Source: Giardia intestinalis (lineage: Eukaryota). Taken from it: a stretch of DNA of 64,000 nt. The notes below the pieces were generated by a model that saw nothing but the letters and a program-made list of their open reading frames with translations, had not been told where the DNA came from and ran no database searches. Of the stretch, positions 19,200 to 27,710 are shown piece by piece (within the stretch, counting starts at the first letter, position 1; every line of letters begins with the position of its first letter). The stretch lies in the NCBI GenBank assembly GCA_000002435.2, contig CM018789.1; one strand, given 5' to 3'. Made by a program: the position numbers and the translations under genes.

Positions 19200-22100
19200 C
19201 TATTTGCCTTTCTTAGGAGTAGGGTCCGTGAGCGGAATTGGCGGTTGATACTCAGGTGGGGCTTTGTTCAGCTTATAGAGAGCGACATGGGCGACTTGGG
19301 AGTCATACTGTGGCTGCAAATGGGACAGGACCTGTCCGAATTCGACCACACTAAGGGGCTTGGATCCCAAGGATGCCACGCGTCCAGGTGTGCAGACCAT
19401 GTGTAGAGCCTGTTGTATCTGCCCTGCCGTGAATCCTTCGGTAACCTTGGCAAAAGAACTGAGGTCAAAAGGAATCTTCTCGGTCTCGTTGTTTGTGATT
19501 GCAATTCCCGACGTTAAGTTCATCAGGCCCAGTGCCGTGAACCGTCGAGAATCAAAGGCCCCTGTGCTCAGTTTCGAGGACGTGTACTGACCCACGGGGA
19601 CGTCCTTGGCCACTCCGGTTAGAGCAAATTGCTCCAAACCCATCTTCTCAAAGAAGTGACTGATCAACCTTAGCCTCGTGTTATAGTCAGGCAGTGGTAC
19701 ATATATGTGTCTCTGGAAGAAGTCTGCAAGTGCTTTTTCGCGAGTCATAGTGCGTGTGGCGCATCCTAAAACAAGTACCCCATCATACTCATTAATGGAC
19801 TTCAGCAAGCTAAGGAGTTCTTTACGAAGCCTGTAGGGGTTGTAGTCTGGGTCGCTAAGCTTGGGGTATCCTTCGCAGCACATGGAGTATCCTGGGGTCT
19901 CCACATCGTCTCCAGGCAGCTTTAGCTTACCTTTCCCTTTGCTCCCCTTGTTTCCCTTGCTTCCTTTCTTTCCTTTTTTTTCTTTTGTGTCTGCCAACAC
20001 AAGCTCTGCCTCATCGAAGTATATTATTGCCGGTTGATTGGAGGCTATAACCACCTTGATCAACTTGAAGATCACCCCGATTTCCTGGCCAGGAAACTTG
20101 TTAACAATATTTGCCGGAGACACGTCAATCACAAGAGCACCCGTTTCAGTAGCAATAATTCGCGAAAGAAGGGTCTTCCCCACCCCCGGAGCCCCATATA
20201 TAAGGAGGGTATTGCTGTGAGGAACGGCCCTTGCCATGGGGCACCCCAAAGGGATGATTACGTTGGCTATTATGTCTTGCTTTATCTGGTTGTACGATGG
20301 AAGGTCCGGCAGAAGAGCATAAGCAGGAATAGATGCCTTTGCTGCGGCCAGCTTCTCCTGTTCAACGGGATCGACAATCCCGGCGGCTTTTTTGTCTATA
20401 GCAATTGTGCCCTGCTGTGTAAACTTCTGAAGCGCCTTGACAGCTATTCGTTGCATGAACTCAGTCTCCTGGCTTGAAGGAGCAATGTATGTGTCACATC
20501 CGATAAAATCTCGTATCCGAGCTGGCTTAATCGCTTTTACAAGACCCTCGCTGACCAGTTCTGCATATGCTGCCTCGACAGAGGCGTCACCAACTGGGCC
20601 CACGGGTGGCGGGGGCTCAAGCGCTGGAAGGCTCTTGGATCCCCTACTCCCCTTCTTTCCTTTTTTCCCCTTACTGCCCTTCTTACCCTTCTTACCTTTA
20701 CCGCCCTTCTTGGCCTCGACAAGCTGCTTAGTTGCGTCGGCAATGGTACGCATGTTGTCGAGCTCTGCAGTCACCGTTTCAGCAACGCTGTCGTATACGT
20801 CCTTCAGTATCTGGGGTCTAAGAGTTTCCTTAAGGTATTCAACATCATATGGCTGCTCAGCCAAGTTAGCTGGATCGTGTCGCTGCCACCTGTTGAAGTA
20901 CTCGACTGTTGTATCGACAATATCGTGGAGATATGCAGACAGAAAAGAAACCTTGGCCTTGTCTGGGTCTTCAACTGCCTCCTCAGCTGCCCCCTTCGAA
21001 GGTGCAGCCGTTTTTCCTTTGGATCCTTTGCTTCCCTTCTTCCCTTTTTTCTTCTTCCCCTTCAAGCCTCTCCGCAATAACTCGGCCTCTCGCTCTGCTG
21101 CCACCTTCTCCATCACCAGCTTCTCATCGGGAGAGGCAATGTCTAAGGCACTTGTGGGAATCGCCCCGTCGTTCAGATCTCTGAACTGCGCAATGGCTTT
21201 TTTGTGCCGAGAGTATAGCAGTTTTTCCAGCTCGGTCCCCTCCTTTTCCTTAAGTTCTTGCAGAATGACATCCTCTGCAGATTGCATAACGAGTTCGGCT
21301 TGAATTCGCAGCGCCACATTGCGCTTAGTAATAAGCTCAGCTTGATAGGCCGCCTGGCCAAGCTTTTTAGCATCCGCTAACAAAATCCTATTCCGCACAA
21401 GATCATGCATAAGAGGAAGCCCGGAGTTATACGCATTGGTAACGTGAGTCATATATGGCTGGTTAGAAAGGATGTTAGACTTATCTATATATCTGCTAAG
21501 AGCATAGGTGGACTCCATCCCATCACAGGTAGTAGCAATGATAACTGAGGTTAGAGGAGTAAGAGTTGTGTGCAGATTAGAACTAGCTGCAATGCCAGAG
21601 TCTGGGATTCCAGGCTTACCGACAGAAAGAATGGACTTGTCGAGGACGTCCTTGCGAGCATTGAGCCGCGCCAGGTAATCCGCTTCATATAGCTTCTCGC
21701 GCTTGATGCACTCACTGCTTACCATATCTTGTACGATGGGAAGAATGGATGAACCTGTACCTTGAGCAGCAGATGAGGATGCCAATCCAAGGAAGACTAA
21801 ATCGGCCTGCTTCATGGCATTCACCTTGGACTTTGCGAGGGCTCTTCGCCAATACTTTTGAATGATTACACTAGCCTGTTCTCGTGAGTGAATGCGCCCT
21901 CCTTGTATCTGCCGTCCAGCCGGCTTAACCTTCATGATGTCCTGTACCAGCTTCGCTCGCAGTCTGGCGGCACGTCCTCGCTCAGCGCGCTGAATAAGAA
22001 GTATGGCTTCTTCGAGACTCATGGCTCGCTGCACTTGGGCCTCCGTCTTCTCCTCGAGGATGCCCTTCCCAGGAACATATCCTCGGAGAGAGTGCGTCAG

Positions 22101-22556
22101 ATCAAAGCAGGATCCATTCTGAGAAAGAAGCTCGTACCGCTCGAGTAGAAGGCGCAGCAGATCATTTCGACGGCTCAGAGAGAAGTTATCGCTCACTAGA
22201 AACCTGGGCACATGCAATTCTATATCTGTAGGAAGTAACGTACGATTGTTCATGAGTGCAAAGATATCGGGGCTCCACGTCCCAGTTAAGCAGCAAATAT
22301 TGCGTCTGGACTCAAGCATTCGTCCTATGGTTGCGTCCAGAGACTTCTTGATCACTCTCCGCTTTTGTGGATGGTGCATCTGATCATAACACTCCTCTAA
22401 AAGTACGTAAACATGACGGTATGTGTTATACCAGTTGAGCTGTTGTTGCAAAAGCTGTGAATTTTGTAGCCGTATGACTCTAGGATCTGAAGTGGACTCC
22501 TTATTTATTTGCTCCATGAGAAGCGTCATGGCTTCCCGCCACTGACGATCGCTCAT
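19200..22556 (-). CDS. IQ-motif plus AAA+ ATPase protein (IQCA1/DRC11-like, candidate axonemal nexin-DRC component) with three inserted Lys/Gly-rich blocks
   Basis: IQ motif AILLIQRAERGRAARLRAKL. Walker A LLIYGAPGVGKTLLS. Walker B PAIIYFDEAELV. Three KKGKKGSKGSKGK-type blocks. 1118 aa. ATG at 22554-22556. Confidence 0.7.
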   Translation of the reverse strand: MSDRQWREAMTLLMEQINKESTSDPRVIRLQNSQLLQQQLNWYNTYRHVYVLLEECYDQMHHPQKRRVIKKSLDATIGRMLESRRNICCLTGTWSPDIFALMNNRTLLPTDIELHVPRFLVSDNFSLSRRNDLLRLLLERYELLSQNGSCFDLTHSLRGYVPGKGILEEKTEAQVQRAMSLEEAILLIQRAERGRAARLRAKLVQDIMKVKPAGRQIQGGRIHSREQASVIIQKYWRRALAKSKVNAMKQADLVFLGLASSSAAQGTGSSILPIVQDMVSSECIKREKLYEADYLARLNARKDVLDKSILSVGKPGIPDSGIAASSNLHTTLTPLTSVIIATTCDGMESTYALSRYIDKSNILSNQPYMTHVTNAYNSGLPLMHDLVRNRILLADAKKLGQAAYQAELITKRNVALRIQAELVMQSAEDVILQELKEKEGTELEKLLYSRHKKAIAQFRDLNDGAIPTSALDIASPDEKLVMEKVAAEREAELLRRGLKGKKKKGKKGSKGSKGKTAAPSKGAAEEAVEDPDKAKVSFLSAYLHDIVDTTVEYFNRWQRHDPANLAEQPYDVEYLKETLRPQILKDVYDSVAETVTAELDNMRTIADATKQLVEAKKGGKGKKGKKGSKGKKGKKGSRGSKSLPALEPPPPVGPVGDASVEAAYAELVSEGLVKAIKPARIRDFIGCDTYIAPSSQETEFMQRIAVKALQKFTQQGTIAIDKKAAGIVDPVEQEKLAAAKASIPAYALLPDLPSYNQIKQDIIANVIIPLGCPMARAVPHSNTLLIYGAPGVGKTLLSRIIATETGALVIDVSPANIVNKFPGQEIGVIFKLIKVVIASNQPAIIYFDEAELVLADTKEKKGKKGSKGNKGSKGKGKLKLPGDDVETPGYSMCCEGYPKLSDPDYNPYRLRKELLSLLKSINEYDGVLVLGCATRTMTREKALADFFQRHIYVPLPDYNTRLRLISHFFEKMGLEQFALTGVAKDVPVGQYTSSKLSTGAFDSRRFTALGLMNLTSGIAITNNETEKIPFDLSSFAKVTEGFTAGQIQQALHMVCTPGRVASLGSKPLSVVEFGQVLSHLQPQYDSQVAHVALYKLNKAPPEYQPPIPLTDPTPKKGK

Positions 22557-22721
22557 TTTGAATAAATTTTTGGGTGCTGGTCAGATTTCGCACGCTGATA
22601 ATAACGGCTTCGCAAACATGTGAAAAACCTACTATCCAAATATAGGATCTTTATATCAGGAGCGTGTGGTTCTAGTGAAACTTAAAAGACCGCCTCACCG
22701 GCCAGTTGTACCATTTTTAAA

Positions 22722-23573
22722 ATGGACGACTTCTTTGGATTCGGCGATAACGTTCCTGACGGTACTGCACAGACATTCGACCCCTTCGCAGGACAGCCAG
22801 CGGCACCAATTCAAAGTGCTGATGACATGTTCGGTTTTGGGGACGTCCCTGCAGCTACCGCGCCCCCTGCCCCTGCAGTGCCCTTTTTCACCGCCCCAGA
22901 GCAGACTGGCCAGCACGGTGTCAATGCATTTGAAAAAGCTGCAACGCTTTCCGCGCCTGTGCCTGTGCCTGTAGAGGCGTATTCCACCTCTTCGTCGGCC
23001 CCTGTAGTCCCATCTTTATCGAGCATTCCGCAGGCTTCCACGACCCAGCAGCCTGCTGCTGTCTCTATTGCACCACCAGTTGTCCCTGCTACGCATGTTT
23101 CAGCGCAACCGGGGCAGCTTCCCCCTGCGCTCACCCCATATGCTCCACTGCCTCCTCCAATACATCTTTCTCCCGAGCACGAGGCCGCCCTCAATGATCC
23201 TGAGATTCTGGTGGCATATCAGCGAGACAATAGCATTGCAAAGACCAATGAGATCAAGTACAAAGCGTTTCAGAACCTTCAAGACAAAAATCACGAGGCC
23301 GCAAAGGCCCTCGTCTATCAGCAAAGCGTTGAGTACAGAAAGGCCTATATGGAGAAGTTCCAGAAGGAGGGAGAAGCCCGTAAGGCTCAGCAGTGTGTCA
23401 AACGCGAGAAGGTCCGTCGTGCCCTCTTGGAGGGAGGTTCTGTCCCGTGGGTACGGGTTAGAAGTCTGGCGCGTGACGATGCAACAGGTTCTGAGCAAGC
23501 CCTTCGTCAGCTAGAGGCGATTAAGGCCAAGAGTACGTTTGATTACCGTGCCAACGAGCTCCTCAACAAATGA
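22722..23573 (+). CDS. Hypothetical protein with N-terminal DPF / FGFG motifs and a C-terminal coiled coil. Possibly an endocytic adaptor or clathrin-light-chain-like protein (speculative).
   Basis: MDDFFGFGDNVPDGTAQTFDPFAGQP...DDMFGFGDVP. Pro/Ala-rich linker. C-terminus EIKYKAFQNLQDKNHEAAKALVYQQSVEYRKAYMEKFQKEGEARKAQ. Confidence 0.5.
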   Translation: MDDFFGFGDNVPDGTAQTFDPFAGQPAAPIQSADDMFGFGDVPAATAPPAPAVPFFTAPEQTGQHGVNAFEKAATLSAPVPVPVEAYSTSSSAPVVPSLSSIPQASTTQQPAAVSIAPPVVPATHVSAQPGQLPPALTPYAPLPPPIHLSPEHEAALNDPEILVAYQRDNSIAKTNEIKYKAFQNLQDKNHEAAKALVYQQSVEYRKAYMEKFQKEGEARKAQQCVKREKVRRALLEGGSVPWVRVRSLARDDATGSEQALRQLEAIKAKSTFDYRANELLNK

Positions 23574-23883
23574 TATAACTAATGCCCTTCCCACTACTCT
23601 AGTCGTTGTAAATTTGTAGTGCCTTGGTTATTTTCGTTTAAATACAAAGACTTCAGGTAAAAGATTTATCTTAAATTGAAGATTCACAAGATTGATTGAC
23701 TGATTTGAAGCCCTCACTAAAGCTGTGGACAAGATGCTCTATGATAACGTGGTGTTAGCAGTGTAGAAACACATGGATTACTAAGGTTGTCAAAGTACAT
23801 CTCAGTGTTGTACTTCCTATTTTTGATAGCTGCAACCCTGTTGTCAACGAGACACTATAGGTACCTGGCAAGATGCCCGAGAC

Positions 23884-26262
23884 TCAGTGTTCACTTTCTT
23901 CCTTAGCTTGAGGTACTATATGTGTAGGGAACGGCTGACTGTTCCATATCCAGCAATCTGAGAGGATGTCATTGACTACGAAGTCCACGTCAGTCTTGGC
24001 CTTTTGCAGAATTGAGTGCATCATAACACCGCTTCCTCGTTGCTCAGCCAGGCTTATCATGACACCTGATAAATCGTTACCCCAATCCTGTCTGACAGCG
24101 GCTTCGACAAGGGGAAAGCCAGGATATGAAGTTAGTGCATCCATGCCTTCAATAATGTGCTGCTTAATGTTTGGAACTAAGTTCTCTGCGTTGTAGAGAG
24201 ATATCTCACTCGATGATATACCCTTTGCAAGCTCCTGCTCTATAAACGTTCTCTCGTCAAGCCCCACGACAGCATCAAAGTCTCCATCTGCCTTTGAATA
24301 TGAGTGCACAGCTGTGAAGGCAGAACCGCTTTCTAGGAGGCGGATCAATTTTCTGATCAATGGATGATAGTGATTGCGAAGCCCCGTGAGCTCAATCAGA
24401 GTTATGCTGGGAACTGAAGTGCCCTCCCACAGCTGTAGGCAGTTTGAAAGTGACAAGGGGGAAGCGTGGAAAGCAGACACATCTGCAGGCTCTTCTTGGC
24501 CTTGATTCTTGAGCAACCAGCGAAGATTTGTGTGTCGCTTCAGTGTGGCTATGATCAACATAACTATGCTTAAAGTAATGTTGCCAGACACACAAAGGGA
24601 CAGAATGGAAAGACGCTTTAGAAGACATGCCTGAATAGCACTAGCAACATATGAAGTCTGTAGACATTTTGCTAAGAGGCGTAGAAGTCGTTGTCTGCAA
24701 CCAGGAATAGAAAATACATTTGGCACGAGAAGGGAAAAAAGATGCTCAAAGAAGTTATTCAGGGGAAGGCTGTTGCTAGTGCAGAGATCGAACATGGCGT
24801 CGGTGACCAAAAGCTTGTATGCCAAAGAAAACCTCCTTGCATAATGTCCTGCCGGAAGCTTAGACCCAGTAACGCTTTCAAGGCTATGTTGGAGATCAGA
24901 GAGCTTTTTCATTGTTGCTATAAGATAGATACTCTGTGAAGAAGAAGTAGCATGCTTTGTGACCTGGTTAGATGTAGATAAAATGGCTATAATGGCATTG
25001 TGAGCAGGCGTAAAGTCCGGCGCGGCAACTGACCGTCGAACAATGCTGCAGGCAATATTGAATAGAAGCTCGCAGATTCCGTAGTAACAAGAGAATAAGA
25101 CGGCCCTGAGTCCCTCTGCATCTTCGAGAGCATAGGCAGGAGTAAACTGCTCTGTCTCTGGAAGGGCTACGTTCTCTCGCTCCAGTCTCTGAACCTCTGC
25201 AAGCATAGAGTTTATCTGTGACAGGTTATGTTTCCGCATAGACACGTTATCTCCTTTTTTCCTATCTTCTGCAGTGCGATCGCGTGGGGTCCTGTGTATT
25301 AACAGCAAATTGACACGGTCCAAAATCCCTCTCGAGAGTCTCCTCTGTGGGATTTTTATGCTAGAGCTAGAAATAACATCAATAAGCCCAGTGATTCCTG
25401 GTATGGATGCTGACCTGGTGCACCCTTTAATACATGTCACTGAGATGGCCAGGTATTCGATGTAGTAATTGATAGCGTTTGCCTTTATATGGTGACTGGC
25501 GGCATCCAAACTTAATTGAAAAAGATTGATGATGGCAGCAGTGGAGATAGAATTGGAAATATCTTCTAGTGGTGTGTGATCTTGAATTTCTTGCACAATG
25601 GCATCTATAGCAGAAAATGTGAAAAAGCACAAGTCGCTATACGTGTCTAGAATGTTGGAGAAAGTCCGCTTAAAACTATCACTAAGGGTCTTGGGTGCCT
25701 CTGGTCTAAGAAGGTAACGGAGAAACAGAGTGTAGGATTGGAGAGGGAAGAGGCCTATGGACCCGTCCTCTGTGGTCTTCCAGGGCTGTGTTTGAGAAAG
25801 CACAACAGAGGAGTCCTGGTGTGCTTCAATAAGTGCTTCCGCGCGTAAAATCTCAAACATGTTGTACAGAGCAGCCTTGCATAGTTTGCCACTAGCGCTT
25901 GACTCTGCGTATTTATACAGAAGAAGCCGGAATAAGGTAGCATGCTTAAGAATGAGGAGATCGTTATCATCCATAGAGAGGCTCTCCTGAGCTGTCTTCA
26001 AATCAGCTGCAATGTTGGCTTCTGGTAAGCCTACCAGTGCTAGTCCAGCCATTACTTTAGGATATCTTGTGAACAATTCCAGAAAGATCTCGGTTGTAAC
26101 GTTGATGGCGGCAACGGTGACCCCTGTATATTCGGGGTCGTCAATCGAGCATATATCTTGACAAAGAGGCCCCAAGAGTTCCAGCTGCTCATTCTCCCCA
26201 AGTATCCGTCTGCGCATCTCGTTGAGAGCAGAGAGGTAGTTGCTTTCGGTTGGTCTCCCCAT
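23884..26262 (-). CDS. Hypothetical large helical-repeat (ARM/HEAT-like) protein, 792 aa
   Basis: Long ORF with ATG at 26260-26262. Leu-rich helical composition throughout. No catalytic motif recognised. Confidence 0.6.
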   Translation of the reverse strand: MGRPTESNYLSALNEMRRRILGENEQLELLGPLCQDICSIDDPEYTGVTVAAINVTTEIFLELFTRYPKVMAGLALVGLPEANIAADLKTAQESLSMDDNDLLILKHATLFRLLLYKYAESSASGKLCKAALYNMFEILRAEALIEAHQDSSVVLSQTQPWKTTEDGSIGLFPLQSYTLFLRYLLRPEAPKTLSDSFKRTFSNILDTYSDLCFFTFSAIDAIVQEIQDHTPLEDISNSISTAAIINLFQLSLDAASHHIKANAINYYIEYLAISVTCIKGCTRSASIPGITGLIDVISSSSIKIPQRRLSRGILDRVNLLLIHRTPRDRTAEDRKKGDNVSMRKHNLSQINSMLAEVQRLERENVALPETEQFTPAYALEDAEGLRAVLFSCYYGICELLFNIACSIVRRSVAAPDFTPAHNAIIAILSTSNQVTKHATSSSQSIYLIATMKKLSDLQHSLESVTGSKLPAGHYARRFSLAYKLLVTDAMFDLCTSNSLPLNNFFEHLFSLLVPNVFSIPGCRQRLLRLLAKCLQTSYVASAIQACLLKRLSILSLCVSGNITLSIVMLIIATLKRHTNLRWLLKNQGQEEPADVSAFHASPLSLSNCLQLWEGTSVPSITLIELTGLRNHYHPLIRKLIRLLESGSAFTAVHSYSKADGDFDAVVGLDERTFIEQELAKGISSSEISLYNAENLVPNIKQHIIEGMDALTSYPGFPLVEAAVRQDWGNDLSGVMISLAEQRGSGVMMHSILQKAKTDVDFVVNDILSDCWIWNSQPFPTHIVPQAKEESEH

Positions 26263-26657
26263 GGCTCCTGTGCTGGAATTAATTCATTGATAAATTGTAA
26301 AGAGCATTCACAGAGGAAGAGAGGCCTAATTTCCTTCAGTAGAGACCTGAATATTCTGATCAATTGGAACATGATACGGAACAAGTGAGCTCTTCACGGC
26401 CTTCGTTGCCTTCCAGAAGACACTCACCAGCTCATCTGCAAACTTATCAACGGGTTTTTCTCGCCCGCTATCCAGGTTATATTGCTCAGCTGGCGATCCA
26501 TCAGAAAACAAGGACGCATCCGGCATTTTTGAACCCACACTTACAGGCTGTAAGCTGTAGATGATTGAATTTCTCAGACATTGGTCTAATTGCTAGATTT
26601 ACGAGTACAGTGTTTCTCCGCAAGATTTCTTCACAAGACCGGCGTGAGATTGGAATA

Positions 26658-27698
26658 CTAAACATGGGCATATAACAAAGCAGTAAATAAACAGGCCAAG
26701 CAGATAGCCAGGATCCCAGAAGTCCCCAGAACATGAAATGTATCGACCAGGATACCTATAGTATTGCGATCACTCATATTAATGTATGCGATAACATCGG
26801 ATGCGACCATACTTTCCCCATAATGCTTGTATGCGGCTCTGGATGCCCTTCTGGTTAGGATTGCAGCCCTCTCACATATAGATAGAGCAGACTCATCGAC
26901 AGACCTAGCCAGAAGAGCAGCTAGGATGCCTGCAAGGATATCTCCCTGGCCTGCAGACCGTTTTGGTTGTCCCCTCTCTGTGACTACACGTGCAGCATCG
27001 CACGGATTCGGAGAAACCACTACGTCCACCACACCCTTGATCAAGATAACAACTCCCAACTTTTTGGATAATTGCGTAGGCTCATTTGTGAGTGCATTGT
27101 AGTACTTTCTCCCTCTTTTGACCAAGCCTTTTAAAGCTATGAACCCCAGTGCAATCCCCGACCAATTGGATGTAAGGCTTTTCCCTAATACACTTATTGT
27201 CTTCTCATACTGTGAAGGATACGAATTAAAGACGCTATGATAGAGGTGCTTAAACTCAGCATAGTTGGGGGTGATTATTGATTGTGCTGCACTGAGCTGA
27301 TTGAGTAAGCCGCTTGTGACAACATCCTGTTGCTTAAGAAGCATGCAAACTATACGAATAGCATCTGCATCCAGTAAGAGCCGTGATGGCTTTGTGGACA
27401 TGACATCCGTGAATAGCGCAACAGACTCCTCCTCTGTGTCCAAGCCGGGACCTATAAGTATATTAGTATAATGAATATCTTTCCAGGTATCTAAGCAACT
27501 AGATACGATAAAGTTTGGAGAGGCTGAAGCAACAATTTGTGAATTGGACCCTCGCACAAGCAAGTAGCAGTAATCTGCCCCTGCCCGAAGACACGACAAC
27601 CCTGCAAGGATTGGAGCCCCGTGATATTTAGGGGAGCCTGCAATTAAAAGCGGCCGCCCACGTTGACCCTTGTGCAAGGTATATCTGAGCCTCTGCAT
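26658..27698 (-). CDS. ATP-dependent (S)-NAD(P)H-hydrate dehydratase (YjeF C-terminal / CARKD family carbohydrate kinase)
   Basis: KGQRGRPLLIAGSPKYHGAPILAGLSCLRAGADYCYLL matches the YjeF_C N-terminal motif (G..G.vlviGGs..y.GAp.laa.aalr.GaglV). The C-terminal GQGDILAGILAALLAR matches GsGDvLsG.iaallAq. Confidence 0.85.
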   Translation of the reverse strand: MQRLRYTLHKGQRGRPLLIAGSPKYHGAPILAGLSCLRAGADYCYLLVRGSNSQIVASASPNFIVSSCLDTWKDIHYTNILIGPGLDTEEESVALFTDVMSTKPSRLLLDADAIRIVCMLLKQQDVVTSGLLNQLSAAQSIITPNYAEFKHLYHSVFNSYPSQYEKTISVLGKSLTSNWSGIALGFIALKGLVKRGRKYYNALTNEPTQLSKKLGVVILIKGVVDVVVSPNPCDAARVVTERGQPKRSAGQGDILAGILAALLARSVDESALSICERAAILTRRASRAAYKHYGESMVASDVIAYINMSDRNTIGILVDTFHVLGTSGILAICLACLFTALLYAHV

Positions 27699-27710
27699 TT
27701 TAAAATTCTC

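Noticed and set aside
20437-21303. 288-aa + strand ORF antisense to the IQ/AAA ATPase gene (and 20034..20477 +)
   Set aside because: The antisense ORFs fall within a well-supported 1118-aa gene. Their Pro/Leu/Phe-rich sequence comes from the complement of the Lys/Gly-rich coding repeats.
23884-26262. Assignment of the 792-aa helical-repeat protein to NOC4/CBF or another named HEAT-repeat family
   Set aside because: It has only generic Leu-rich helical character and no signature motif. Naming it would be a guess.
26326-26564. 70-aa (-) and 66-aa (+) ORFs in the ~400-bp spacer between the 792-aa gene and the YjeF-C gene
   Set aside because: The overlapping antisense pair has no motif support. 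Too short and ambiguous to call.
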